The notes: generated by a model not told the origin, from the letters alone. Positions 1 to 13,917 are shown, counted from the first letter of the stretch. The stretch: DNA of 64,000 nucleotides from Octopus sinensis (GCF_006345805.1 NC_043000.1:106640001-106704000), one strand, 5' to 3'. Made by a program: numbers and translations.

Positions 1-106
1 TCCACGCAATCACACACACACTTACGCTCGCATACACATACATATATACAGTTATATATATATATATATATATATCTACATGCATGCATACATGCACGCA
101 ATACAG

Positions 107-148
<42 letters not shown>

Positions 149-938
149 ATAGAGGTAGATAGATAGATAAAGACAGAGAGCGAAAAAGAGAGATAGATGG
201 GGAGACAGGGAGAGAGAGAAAGGGAGATAATGAAGGAGACAGACCTATATATATTTCAAAATAACGTTTGTGTGTGCGCGTATGTTTGCGTACACATCTG
301 TATATTTATTATGTATTCTGGTTGAATAATAGAATGAATATCAGAGACATTAATAAAGCTTTATTAGTGAACCATTATCGACATGCAACCAATAGCTGTC
401 TAGTGGTGTTCGTATCGGTTGATGATGTAACTGTCACGTGAGAGTGCCACTGTTGGTTGATTGCTTCGTTAGCGGTTGATTAGGAGTGGGTAGTAAACAA
501 GGCACGCCTCTGTTTGGGCTTATGGAATTAGGAATCGTGAATGCGCGCGCGTGTGTATGTGTGTGTATGTGTGTGTGTGTGTGTGTATGCGTTCGCGGGT
601 GTATCTACGTGTGCTGTGAAGGTATATGTGTCGTGGTAATGCGGGAAAAATAGTTTTCTTTCCGCACCAGCACCAAACTACATATGTCTAAATTAAGCGC
701 AAGGTTTAGCGGCTATTATTGCCTCACTCTATTACACTTGACTGGTATTTATTTTATGGACCCTGAATGACGTAAGGGAAAGGCGACCCTGGCAAGATTT
801 CAACTCAAATATAAAGGTAGTCAACTGAGTTATTCGAATATTTCAACTTTTAATAATATAGGAATGTGTAGCTTTTTTTTCTCGCATACAATGCTTTGGA
901 ACTGAATTTTGCAAGGTGAGAGTCATGTGGGAGCGCAT

Positions 939-981
<43 letters not shown>

Positions 982-998
982 TATATATATTATATATA

Positions 999-1037
<39 letters not shown>

Positions 1038-1107
1038 GTGCTCTGTGCATTCTGTTCGTCCGTATATTTAGTATATGTTTGTATGTTTATTTACTACATG
1101 CTTTTAA

Positions 1108-1167
<60 letters not shown>

Positions 1168-1470
1168 TGTTGTTTCTAGAGAGAGTCATTCTCTTTTGGT
1201 GACATAATTTAACATACTCACCGGTAAAACTAAGCGCAAGCTTTAGTGGGTATTATTGCCTCATTGTATTACACGTGACTGGTATTCATTTTATGGACCC
1301 AAGAATGATGCAAGGCAAAGGCGACCTTGGCAAGATTTCAACTACTGAAAAGGTTGCAAGATGCATCGAAACTTTTAGAAAAATAAAAAAATAAATAAGT
1401 GGAAATTTAACCGGTGAGTGTGTTAAATTATAAAGCACCAAAAGAGAATGACTCTCCTCAGACACAACAG

Positions 1471-1516
<46 letters not shown>

Positions 1517-2194
1517 TACGAGGACTGATAAGTATCCAGACTGCTGCCATAGTAACAAAGCTAAAGCATGCAGAGTTAAGTCGCTAGGTAAAGATTGATC
1601 TTTAAACTCTGGTGTGTATGCGCACTAAGTTTTAACGTTCTATCTCACTTCCGCTGTTTATCAGAAGTGTTTGGAAGGAAGGTGTGTAGCATGTATATAT
1701 ATATACAAAATTAAGAATAAACCCATTTTAATGATTGTATCAAGTGACCAACGTGTAATAAAACCATACCGGTAATAATTTATACTAATATATAATTATA
1801 TAATATAATTATATTAAAGGGTGCAGATAAACCTCCCCAACACTCCAGATAGCTCTAAAACTATTTGGCACCAAGACGCCAAATGGCTCTAAATACCACA
1901 TCTACACTCCATTAACAGAGGTTATAAGCGGGCTGATGAATAAGATTTTTTTAAATGGTTAATTGTAGATCGATTTCTGGCTTAAGGTTGTAAAATCCCT
2001 TGCTGTCATCAGTACAGTATATATATATGTATGTATATGTGTGTGCGCGTGTATATATATTTATGAATGTATGTATGTGTGTTTGTGTGTGCATATAATA
2101 GTTCTATTTCTATTTGAAGTAAGCAAAGAACCAGAATATAAGGCAGAAAACTTAGTGAACTCTTTTGAGAATTCTAAAATGAAGTCTTATAAGA

Positions 2195-2237
<43 letters not shown>

Positions 2238-2252
2238 ATATATATAATATAT

Positions 2253-2288
<36 letters not shown>

Positions 2289-2964
2289 ATCTGGATATAC
2301 AATATCAAACGATATACACATTGAGTAATATTTTCAATCTGTGTTGCATAGACATACAATCCATTATCACTTTTGCCATCGGGAAACGCAGCGAGCCGGT
2401 CATTGTCATATTGGAAACCCCATATCCACGACGCTATTGTTCACAGAATGATAGAAAATAATAATAAAAATAAATAAATAAATAGAATAAATACAGTGTT
2501 ATTCTTGTTTATCAGAGATTTGTTCTTTTCTTAATCGAAATCTCAATGGTATTATTCCTTGTTATCTTGGATTTCCAGTAAATGGAAATGTCAGCTTCAT
2601 AAGAATTCATAACTCTGTGTCTATACAGAAGTGTTCTCGATCGTTTAAAGAGGGAGAATGGATCACCAGCTCCATTGTATTTAGATCAGCTGAAATGAAA
2701 TCGGGGTCTTCCGTGATGACGCATGGAAAGATCTGGTAACTTGTTTTGGATATTATTTTAATCGTTGCAAAATAAAGGAGGAATAAATGGAATATCTGGA
2801 AAAATACGAACTGTAGCAAAAGAAGTGACAATGAATATTAACTATGGTTTTCTAATTAACTGCTCAAAACTGACAATAATATGAACACCAGCCATTATAC
2901 ACATGCACAAATTGCGATACACGCTCATTTTAGTTGAACACTCAAATTTTAAACGCCAAGCTTA

Positions 2965-3295
2965 ATTCTGTTATCAATTGCCATATATAGGCCTTTGTTG
3001 TCAATAGTCAGAGCTGTTTTAAATAGCCATACATTGGCCTTTATTTTCAACTGCCAGAGCCTCTGTCATCAATAGCCACATATACACTTTTGTTGCCAAC
3101 CGCCAGATCTTCTGTTATAAATAGCAATATATGGGCTTTTGCTGTTAACAGCCAGAGCCTCTGTTATCACTAGCCATATATGATCCTTTGTTGCCAATAG
3201 CCAAAGCCTCTATTATCAATAGCCATGTATGCGTCGTTGTTGTCAACAGCCAATGCCTATGATATCAATAGCCATATATGGGCCTTCATTGTTAA
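2965..3295. repeat. Degenerate minisatellite of about 45 bp (aatagccatatatgggcctttgttgtcaacagccagagcctctgttatc-like), about 7 copies
   Basis: Visible periodic recurrence of aatagcca...ctttgttg...cagag. Confidence 0.75.
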
Positions 3296-3369
3296 CCTTT
3301 TCAGATTGCCGCCTATTGACTCCTAGACCACATTCCTAGTGTTCTCCACCACTCACTACAAACATAGAT

Positions 3370-4760
3370 CTAATTCTAATGGAAGTTCAAAACAACTGTT
3401 TTTCACAAATAAATCTTAGCAACATGAAAGAGCAAATTTACATCCCGCTTGTTACTACGTTGCTTTCATTTTTTACTGCAATGGATGTACTTTGTGCAGA
3501 GATATCAGCTTTTCAAAATCAAGCTGAAAAACACTAAGAAGTAGTTTTAGACCTCATGTTCAATAATTTACAGTTTAATTTTACTTAGAAAGAATTTGCT
3601 TGGAAAGAATTTTGGTAGCTGTACTCTACTGAATATGATGTTGGGAGAGCAATAAAGTACATCTTGACTTTGTTCCACAGAGCAGAGTACCAGTCAGAAT
3701 ATGAGTTTTTGAACTTTGGCCTCAGCTCAGTATCATTTTAAAGTGAAACCAATTCTTTATCTGCTATTCTTGTTTCCTCATTACAGATATCTAAGAATCA
3801 CTCGGACTGGTATTTCTAACAAAAGTAAATATCCAGAAGTCTGTCAGATATGTCTTTGTGAAGCTCATATCTGCACAGAGACATATCTGTGTGAACAATA
3901 TACTTAAACAACACAAATGTGAACAATACACGTGATTGTTATCTTCTGGTATGCGCTTTTCCATTTCCAAATTAGAAAGGCTCTGAAACTAAAAAAAACT
4001 CACGACGGTTTATGTTACATCTGAATAAATTTAACTTGAAGAGAACCGTGGAGAGAGCTAATTTTACCTCGATAAGGTTTAACCCCATTTTCTTGCAGTT
4101 GCAAATTAATTTCATTGAGCTTTGTGATTCCTGCTTGATATTTTTTAGTTCATCACAAAAACAAAAGGCAAAAAACACAAACAAAGCAAAAACAGAATTA
4201 GAGTCTTGCAAGAATTCAACAACTGTTTTAAAAAGAGGATAGAAACTTTCTGGCGGTTTCCCATTATTCTCCATGAAACTACTGTATGCGACAACAGTAC
4301 TTCAAAATCTTCACCATTCCTAATGTAGAACTGTTGAATCAGTAAGGAGTCAACTTTAACAAACACGTGTCTTGATTTTATTTACTTCTGTGACGACAGT
4401 GCTCAACAATTTGTTAAGTCTACCACCAAAGTTATTTGCAATATGTGCAAACACACTTGGTATAACATTTTTAATATACCGATGAAGCGGCGATGATAAC
4501 CTGTCATAGATGGTCTTCCAGCTACTGTTCAAAAACGAAATACTGATTACATTTTTGTATCTGTGTCTAGTTGTCTTACAAATAATAGCTCTTGGACCAA
4601 GTGTTAATCTGTGACGAAGCAAACATAAGTAAGAAACAAACATTTATTGCTTTGCAAAGGGAAGTTATCCAACTGAGCTAAATTTGATTGTATGTTGTAC
4701 AATATACTTTAAATGCTATAGCATTCTATATTTTGAAGCACATGTAATACGCATTTTTAG
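3370..4760 (-). mobile_element. Degraded hAT (Buster/Charlie-like) transposase remnant
   Basis: ORF fragments FYPLFKTVVEFL, KLNLFRCNINRREF and GRLNKLLSTVVTEVNKIKTR resemble hAT transposase segments; many stops and frameshifts. Confidence 0.6.
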
Positions 4761-5794
4761 AGAAAAAAATGTACTTCCATCTCTTCATTCAAAATTAAAA
4801 TCCATCCAGCTGCCAGAAATATAAGGAGAAATTTCGATTTATACTTGATAGCTTTTCCAATTTTTTTTTAGAATTTGGCACGGCTATGAAGTTGGGTGAA
4901 TGGTCGAGTCGATTAATTAACTACAGTATATAAGAAGGCACTTACTTTTATCGACATTTGAAGGCTAAAATGCAATGTTTCCCGCAACGCAAATTGAACA
5001 TAAAATTAAATACTGCATTACAGTTTTCTCCCCAAGATATGAAATTTTGGACGAGTAGATAGTCAATACTATGGACTTCTCTTTCTAATTTCTACTTTAT
5101 TTTATCTACTCGCAAGGCATGAATGCCAGATTTGAACTCAAAATGTAAAGAGCCGAAACGAATGTTGCAAGGCACTTTTCCGACGCTCTAATGGTTCTGC
5201 CAGTCCACCACACTGATATTATAAATAATTCTAATTTGGCACAAGTCCAGTATTTTGAGAGGCGGAGCAAATCGGTTACATCGATCTCAGTGCTTCATGG
5301 GCATTTATTTTATCGACCCCAAAAGGATGGAATGCTAAGTTGATCTCGGTAGTATCTGAACCCAGAACGTGAAGAGCCGAAATAAATGCCGCTAAGCATT
5401 TTTGTCCGACGTGTTAATGATTCTGTCAATTCACTGTCGATGCGTTATTACTAATATTTGTTTCTGCTATAAGCACAAGATCTGAAATTTTGGGAGAGAG
5501 GGTAAGCCGATTATATCAACCCCAGTACTCAACTGGTACACATTTTATTGACCTCTAAAGGATGAACTGTAAAGTCGACCTCAATATTTTGTCGGGAGTG
5601 CTAACGATTCTGCCAGCTCTCTGGCCTGCGTGGTATCAGTAATAACAATAATAGTAGTATGTATCTCACCATGTTTACATGCACTCTAACACATCATCAC
5701 ACATACACATCATTTTATAGTTAATAAAACACATTAAAAGATTTCTAGTAAAATTATTTTAGCACTTTATTTCTAGCTTGTGTTTTTGTTGGAG

Positions 5795-5852
<58 letters not shown>

Positions 5853-5886
5853 GAATGAGTGGACAAGCAAAAGGGCACTCATAAAA

Positions 5887-5892
5887 TTTATT
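5887..5892 (-). terminator. Probable polyadenylation signal AATAAA of gene A
   Basis: First AATAAA on the minus strand, about 160 nt after the stop codon and before a (TA)n tract. Confidence 0.5.
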
Positions 5893-6049
5893 GGGAGCTA
5901 CGTGTATGAATCATAACAGTTTAATTCAAACCCTGTACTACTTAAAGTTTCAAAGCTCGAATACAGGTGGAGGAAGTCCGAGATGGTTGACAGTTGATGG
6001 GCTGTGATATCACAGGTTGGTGTTGGTGCATCAGCGGTGTAGGTGCATG

Positions 6050-6207
6050 TTATCCACTGGAGATTTTGCCAAGTTCAATATTCTTCTGAATTTCTTCGAG
6101 TACCATTCTGGTAGCGCACTGCACGGCACTTACCTGACTTGACCTTTCACAGTGGCGTTTAGTGTTTGTAATGATTTCAGTCACATCAGCTGGACATCTC
6201 CATTCGA
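6050..6207 (-). CDS. Gene A exon 4 (terminal): LEWRCPADVTEIITNTKRHCERSSQVSAVQCATRMVLEEIQKNIELGKISSG*
   Basis: actttcag acceptor, phase 1 matching exon 3, TAA at 6052-6050; paralog of identical length (158 nt) at 28909-29066. Confidence 0.88.
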
Positions 6208-6365
6208 CTGAAAGTTGACATAAAGTTATATATATATATGTATACATATACAAGCACAAATACATATAAATAGATGAAAGTAAGAGATTTCTTTTAAAAA
6301 GGAAAACAAAACACAACGAATATAGGGATCAATACATGCGTATTAATTTTTATTATATATTGCTG

Positions 6366-6580
6366 GTAAGGCGGCGAGTTGGTAGAATCGTTAGCACGCT
6401 GGGCAAAAAGTTTTAGCGGCATTTCGTCCGTCTTTACATTATGGGTTCAAATTACGCCGGGGTTTGCTTTGCCTTTCATCCTTTCGGGGTCGATAAATTA
6501 AGTACCAGTTGCGATCTAATCAACTGGCCCCCTCCCACCAAAATTTCAGGCCTTGAGCCTTTAATAGAAAGGATTATATA
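6366..6580 (+). mobile_element. tRNA-derived SINE family 1 (gcctttcatcctttcggggtcgataaattaagtaccag core, Nin/Deu-domain-like)
   Basis: Head ggtaaggcggcgagttggtagaatcg plus conserved core; further copies at about 685-830, 1230-1345, 5050-5620, 7007-7207, 12470-12600, 33790-34190, 46410-46625, 49198-49820, 57655-57840 and 59945-60090. Confidence 0.85.
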
Positions 6581-7006
6581 TTGCTGATAGCGGCTTACTA
6601 TAAATAGTTTTACGCAGCGGTGGTACCTTCGTCAATGAGATGAATTCAAGGCGTAGATTATAAATAGGTTACCATTGCCGAGAGAGAAAACACAATAGAA
6701 AAATAAATAAAAATGCAAATGAAGAAGTGACAACGAGTTAAATGAAAGTAAAAAAAAAAAAAAAACCTGGAAAAGCCTAGACATAGACGCAACTATCAGC
6801 TGTTGACTCAAACTAAAAAGTGATTCTAGCTCCTAAAGAATAGTTTCATATGTTGAGAAATACCTCAAACATATTCATCAGGCACAAACCACATATTATA
6901 ATGTTATACGTAGTTTGAGCCCCCTGAATATGTTTGAGATATTTCTCAAGATATGAAACTATTAGTAGCACACAAGAAAGGAATATATTATATATTAAAT
7001 AATATT

Positions 7007-7207
7007 TAAGGCGGCGAGCTGGCAGAAACGTTAGCACACCGGGCGAAATGCTTAGCCGTATTTCGTCTGTCTATTCGTTCCGAGTTCAAATTCTGCCGAG
7101 GTCGACTTTGTCTTTCATCCTTTCGGGGTCGATAAATTAAGTACTGGGGTCGATATAATCGACTTGCCCCTCCCTCAAAATTTCGGACGTTGTGCTTAGA
7201 GTAGAAA
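7007..7207 (+). mobile_element. SINE family 1 copy
   Basis: Near-complete match to the 6366-6580 copy. Confidence 0.85.
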
Positions 7208-7278
7208 ATAAATTTTAATAATATTTATCTCTCACCAGATGGCGTACTATTTTTGTTGACCTTACCATCACGGACCAG

Positions 7279-7326
<48 letters not shown>

Positions 7327-7371
7327 GAGAATGTTAATGGATGGAAGCACTCCGTCGGTTACGACGATGAG

Positions 7372-8132
7372 GGTTCCGGTTGATCCGAATCAACGGAACA
7401 GCCTGCTCGTGAAATTAACGTGTAAGTGGCTGAGCACTCCACAGACACGTGCACCCTTAACGTAGTTCTCGGGGATATTCAGCGTGACACAGAGAGTGAC
7501 AAGGCCGGCCCCTTGAAATACAGGTACAACAGAAACAGGAAGTAAGAGAAAGTTGTGGTGAAAGAGTACAGCAGGGATCACCACCATCTCCTGCCGGAGC
7601 CTCGTGGAGCTTTTAGGTGTTTTCGCTCAATAAACACTCACAACGCCCGGTCTGGGAATCGAAACCGCGAACCTATGACCGCGAGTCCGCTGCCCTAACC
7701 ACTGGGCCATTGCGCCTCCACTCGCGAGAATGTTAATACGTAGTATACTGTTGTGGCACATCATTGGTTACAACAATAAGACTTCTAGTTGATCCGATCA
7801 ATGGTACAGCCTGCTCGTGAAATTAACGTGTAAATGGCTGAGCACTCTACAGACACGTGTACCCTTAACGTAGTTCTCGGAGAGATTCAACGTGATATAG
7901 AGTGTGAGAGTGTGACAAGACTGGCCATTTGAAATACAGGTAGAACAGAAACAAGAAGAAAGAGTGAGAGAAAGTTGTGGTGAAAGAGTACAGCAGGGTT
8001 GTCTACCACCCACTGCCGAAGCCCCGTGGAGCTTCAGGTGTTTTCGCTCAATAAATACTCACAACGCCCGGTCTGGGAATCGAAACCGCGATCCTACGGC
8101 CGCGAGTCTACTGGGTCATTGCGTCTCCACAC
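7372..8132 (-). mobile_element. Two tandem copies of tRNA-derived SINE family 2
   Basis: A-box/B-box head (tggcccagtgg...ggtttcgattcc) on the minus strand; the same family occurs at 14030-14320 (-) and 62914-63215 (+). Confidence 0.85.
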
Positions 8133-8972
8133 GTGGTATACACAGTGTGAATATCTGCACTTGGAAACTTAGTCTCCATAGGTCAGACTTAGACATCACC
8201 ATTTTTTTTTTGGGGGGGGGGGGGGAACTAGTTGATGCTGTTGCACGCAAATTCCTTCTTTCCACGCCATCCAGGCTGCTCATAGAATAGTCCATAGTGA
8301 TGTTATGGACGCTGCCGTCAGAATGCAAAGAGCTGGAACAGACACTACATGGTATTCACCTATGTAGACAGCTATGCACTCTAACAAGACTTAAATGCTG
8401 TATACGACTGGAAGAATGAGAATAAAATGTCTTTCAATGGCATGAAATCGGACTCACCGTTACGTAAAGGGGTCCTCCCACAACAAGTATGTAGCCGACT
8501 AATGATCATACACTGATCAGAACAGCTGTTAATGTTACATCCATGTATCCTACTGTTACATACAGCGATTTGAATTTTAGTTTCTCTAGATAGCCGTAGA
8601 ATTAGGGTACACTTGTGATGAAAGCCAATTATTCCGAAAAATATCCATAAGAAGGTTCCCGATAAGTTTGCATTATTTTTACCTCCAAAGCTAAATAACT
8701 ACACTTGTCTACAATATATAATGTTTCAGGCATTCTGTCTGTCTCTATCTTCCTACCCCTCAGTGTGTTTGTGTATGTGTGTATGTGTGTGTGTGTGTGT
8801 GGGGGTATGTATGTGTATGCATGTGCGTGTGCTTGTGGTACGTTTAGATAAATGTCGATAGGCAGATGTAGACAGAATAACTTCAAACGATCTTCGTTCC
8901 TAGGCGTTCATGTTAACACTTATAAAATTACATGTGTGTCAAAGAATTCTCAAAAAACTAAATAAGACTTAC

Positions 8973-9054
8973 GGAAACTACGTTTTCTACCAAACTTCAA
9001 ATCACAGTCGTCTGCTTTGAAAGTAATCACCAACGGCGTTCCATCGATTTCGAA
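8973..9054 (-). CDS. Gene A exon 3: FEIDGTPLVITFKADDCDLKFGRKRSF(+C)
   Basis: ttttcccaag acceptor and C|GTAAGT donor; 82 nt, phase 0 to 1; homologous to the start of gene B exon 3 (FEIDGTPLVITF identical). Confidence 0.9.
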
Positions 9055-9122
9055 CTTGGGAAAATAAATGAAAATAAATGTTAAAAATATTTATTGTGCA
9101 CACACACATACACAGACACACT

Positions 9123-9166
<44 letters not shown>

Positions 9167-10172
9167 GGCTAGGCTCGAAACGTAAATGACGATACGGTTT
9201 TCAAAAATAATATATGGAAAAATAGAATCAAGTTAAGTCATTTTACTCGACTTTACGCCTGCCCGCCACAGATATTGGAATCGTAAAATCACTAGAAAAC
9301 TGTTAAAAGCACATAAAATCATGCTACTGTACAATAAATAAGAATAAAAGCATATAAAATCATTTTAAAATACTTACAGTAAATGTTAAGATACATACCA
9401 TAAAGTAATGTAGCTAAGTGAACGAAATCATGAAATCACGAAATCATCAAAATGTATGTTCGTATTTGCAAATTTAAAATGATTTAGTCATTTTTACAAT
9501 TGCGAAATAATAATAATTACTGAATTTGTTTTTTTAATTTAAAAAAGCCCTTTATTTTACCATGTCTTATTGCAAACCGCATTCATAAATAAAGTGTTAG
9601 CGATGTACGGTAAACACCGCCAAATTGTACTTTTTTTTTACTGCACGGTATTAAAAAAATTAAAAAAAAATATTTGTTTGTAAGCTTAAAACAGGTTTTT
9701 ATTAACCATGTAGTATTGAAAATGCATTCACATTCATAAATAAAGTACAGAACTGGCAATGGTTATTATCGGTTTAGCCTAAGTAAATTCGGCCTAGTCT
9801 TGCCTAGAGATAATTTAATTCGACTTAAGTCGAAAAACGACTTAAGTCGTGTCTCTTGGAACCAATTAACAACATAGGGCGAGGTAAGCCTGTTTATACA
9901 TAAAAACGAACACACACACATACACACACGCACACACACACGCACACACGCACACACACACACACACACACATACACACAAGCAAAGGTACTTGTCTTCA
10001 ATCATCAAGATAAAATACTTGTTAATTAAATTATATTCACTAGCGTGATAATAATAATGATGATAATAATAATAGCTTTCAGTCATACTGTAACATCTCT
10101 TATCCTTCACTCGCCCCAGGACGCTAGGTCTGTCTCGGCAAGTGACTGTAACAAAGATGCAGATTAAAAGTA

Positions 10173-10218
<46 letters not shown>

Positions 10219-10571
10219 GGACTTACAAACACATATAACATACAGAAAATTGCACTACTAGGCACTGCACACATCCTACGCAGAACACTTTCCATACAAT
10301 AACCATCAGAGCATCACAACATCACCAGCACATACCCAAGGCACACAGAGCTGCGCTCGGTAGTGAAGTGAAAGCACGCTATAAAAATAAAACTACTGAA
10401 TAATAATAATAATAATAATAATAATTGATATGAAATCACTATGTCACGCACATATGGTTGTGATGCATGTGCCTGGTGTACCCTTATCAGACGGGTAGTC
10501 ATGATGGGTATACTGGGCTTCGTATATTTTACCCCAGGGTCACTTTGATGGCATGCACTGCTCTCTCACTC

Positions 10572-10632
<61 letters not shown>

Positions 10633-12398
10633 TTAATAATAATAGTGGAAATAATAATAACAACAGACAGCAAATTGACTCCAATTCACCAGACATTGTG
10701 ATTAAGGACTACAACAGACAAACTTGTCTGTTAGTAGATATGTCTGTCCCACAAGATTAAAATGTCTCAAGAAAAGAATACGAAAATCTTTTTCACTATA
10801 AAGATCTGCAAATTGAAATACCGAAAATGCTGAAGCTGAATACTATGATAATACCAGTGATAACTGGTGCGTAGGGAATGATAAAGAAGGGATCTGGACT
10901 GTTTTGGTCAAGGAATCTATCTGTTTTTCAGATAGATTCCTTGACCAAAACAGTCCAGAAGTGAGGTAGGGACATCGGTATGGGCGCTAGGAATACCAAA
11001 TGCTCAGTACTTAATATGAAAAGAGAGAAGATAGCAGCCTGCAGAGGATTGCGGTTACCATCAGGAGAGACCATGGGTGAACCCGACGGTAGTGGGTATA
11101 GATATCTAGGGATTTTGGAGCTGGATGACATTCTACACAGAGAAATGAAAGTCAAGGTCAGCGAGGCGTAACAAAAAAGGGTGAAGATGGTGTTGAAATT
11201 CAACCTGAATGCCCAAAATTTGATTACCGCAATGAATATCTGGGTAGTTGCGGTGGTTAGATACAGTGCGTCCATCCTCAAATGGACTAAGGAGGAAATA
11301 TCAACACTGGAGAAAAATACGAGAAAGTTGCTAAACGCTGCATGGGGCACTACACCCTAAAACAAAGTAAACAGACTGTATATGAAAAGAAAGAATGGTA
11401 GCTGAGGACCAATTAGTATAGACCATTGTATAAGGAGTGAAAGGATAACGCTTGCCGAGGACTTGATAAAGAGTGATGAAGACCTGCAGCGATATGCTGC
11501 GAAAGATATGGGTGTAAATGCAGATGAAATAATGGGCAAGGAAGAGTTTAACCAAAGAGCTGAGGAGAAGAGAAAAGAAGACCTTTTTGAAATGCGGATG
11601 CATGGACAGTTTGAAAGGAATACACAAGATGTTAAGGATAATATAGCATAGTGAGCGAGGTGATTTGAAGTGTACCACCGAAAACCAGAGCATTGCTGCA
11701 CAAGACCAGGCTCTCGTTAGCAATTCAGTGAAATATAACATCTATAAAACTTCTGACACCCAGAAATGCAGACTCTGTGGAAAGAGTGTGGAAAATGTGA
11801 CCCACTTGGTAAGTGGATGTGAGAGCCTTGCACAAAAAGAATACAAGCGCCGCCACGATAAAGTGTGTGCGTGTATCTTCATTGGCTCTTATGCCGTAAA
11901 TACCAATATGAAGTAACAGAGAACTGGTATGGGCATCTACCAAGTAAAGTTATGCAGGAGGATGGAGAAGTAAGGACACTCTGAGACTATGATTTTCAGA
12001 CGGATCGTGTAATCGAACACCGTCGGCCGGATATTGTCATAGTGAATAAGAGAGACAAATACCGCCAGATCATTGTTGTAGCCATACCAAATGGCATGAA
12101 TATTGTGAGTAAAGAGGTTGAAAAAATCACCAAGTACTCCGAATTGAAAGTAGAAATGGCAAGACTATGGAATGAGAGATACCAGTGGTGATCGGAGCGT
12201 TGGGCTCAATCTCATTGAAACTTCAAAACTTCTTAAGCCAACTAGAAATCCCATGCAAGATTGATGTTTTACAAAAAGCTGTCTTATTGGGCACAGCGCA
12301 CATCTTAAGGAAAATATTATCTATCTGAGGTCCTTGACAGATGACTAAAACTCCGGTGCATTTTTACCTACACTGTGTTACGAAATAATAATAATAAC

Positions 12399-12432
<34 letters not shown>
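10219..12432 (+). mobile_element. Dong/R4-clade non-LTR retrotransposon remnants (restriction-like endonuclease type) in (TAA)n tracts
   Basis: CRLCGKSVENVTHLVSGC zinc knuckle, RRHDKV, PDIVI and QKAVLLGTAHILRK motifs; (TAA)n flanks and tails; three fragments (10219-10430, 10670-10893, 10960-12432). Confidence 0.8.
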
Positions 12433-12436
<4 letters not shown>

Positions 12437-12851
12437 TGATGATGATGATGATGATAATAATAATTATTATCATTTCAAATTTTCGTCACATTTTTGTGGG
12501 GAAGTTGGAGATGCATCGATTACATCAGCTGGTACTTATTTTATTAACCTCGAAAGGATGAAAGGCAAAGTCGACCTCGACGGAATTTGAACTCGGAACA
12601 TAGCCACCATACCACCACCACCACCACTACCATCATCATCACAACAACAACAACAACAACTCCAAATTCTCAGCTTAGTTTTGTGGTTAGTATTATGGAT
12701 ACATTTAGGTTCAGATTAGATTTTTCGGATTATTGCTATTAAGCACCATAAAACATTTGCATAGATTTATTAGTCAACTCTGTGTTACAATGAATGTAAA
12801 CAACATAGCTATAGAATATATGGACAGACAGGCAGACAAGCATATAGATAG

Positions 12852-12888
<37 letters not shown>

Positions 12889-13226
12889 AAAAAGAAAGAG
12901 AGAGAGAGAAGGGGAAAGTGTTGTACATGTACGTTTCGATTGTTCTTGGAATCTTCGTTAGCAAATGTGTGCCCTCTTTGTCTATCAAACTGTTTATAAA
13001 CACACACCAATCAAATCAAGCATGTAAGTTGTTGTTTCTTTTTTTTTTATCCCCAAAAATATTGTATAAACGTGTTGGTCGCAATCATCGTAACACACAG
13101 TGTTGGCTGATACACATAAAAATATGTTCAATCGTACACGATAGGGACGAATCGAAACCCTGCAATTTCGAATTATTGCATTAAAAGCCAATCCAGGGAA
13201 AGGGATAAACAAGTCATTTTACATAC

Positions 13227-13399
13227 CTGCCCGTGTCTTTCCACGAATATCTCCTTGATGCCATGGAAGAATCTTTTAAATTTATTTCCCAGACCTTTTT
13301 CTAAACTTTCTTTTATTTTAGCGGCCGTTTGCTTTAGATCTAAGCCTTCACAGGAACTCAATTGGCAGTGGGCAGTGACCAACACAAGTAAAAAGACAA
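13227..13399 (-). CDS. Gene A exon 2: IVFLLVLVTAHCQLSSCEGLDLKQTAAKIKESLEKGLGNKFKRFFHGIKEIFVERHGQ
   Basis: ctacag acceptor and CAG|GTATGT donor; 173 nt, and 13+173=186 gives phase 0; hydrophobic signal core; clear paralog at 34379-34548. Confidence 0.9.
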
Positions 13400-13598
13400 C
13401 TGTAGATAAATATATATATATATATATATATGTATGTAAGTAGAATCAATGCGAAAATATGACAAAACTAAATATTTTAATTAAAATACACTTCATCTTG
13501 CAGTCTTCTAGAAATTGGGATCGAACCCCCGAACTACAAATCTATCTCTGATCACGTCTGTGCACGTAGAGTAACACACACACACACACACGCGCACA

Positions 13599-13629
<31 letters not shown>

Positions 13630-13846
13630 CACAAGCAAATACACATTTATTTGGAAAAACTGGAAAGTCACTCTATTGGTTCTTGGGGTTTCTCGTTCAG
13701 ACAACGTCAAATTCAATCCATTTTACATTGATTCAAAACTGCAGACGGTAGAGTACTACGAATAAGACCAGCGTCAATTAACAGTTGACTCCGAATGGAT
13801 ATATTAACTTTACGACCTACACCGAATACTATCTCGTTAGTTTCTT

Positions 13847-13917
<71 letters not shown>

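Noticed and set aside
7640-7722. tRNA genes at SINE heads (also 62914-62990 and 29497-29560)
   Set aside because: Incomplete cloverleafs that continue into repeated SINE bodies
8931-8972. Gene A ending at ...RKRSFRKSYLVF* without a fourth exon
   Set aside because: A perfect GTAAGT donor and a phase-matched downstream exon conserved in both paralogs favour splicing; intron retention remains a possible minor isoform
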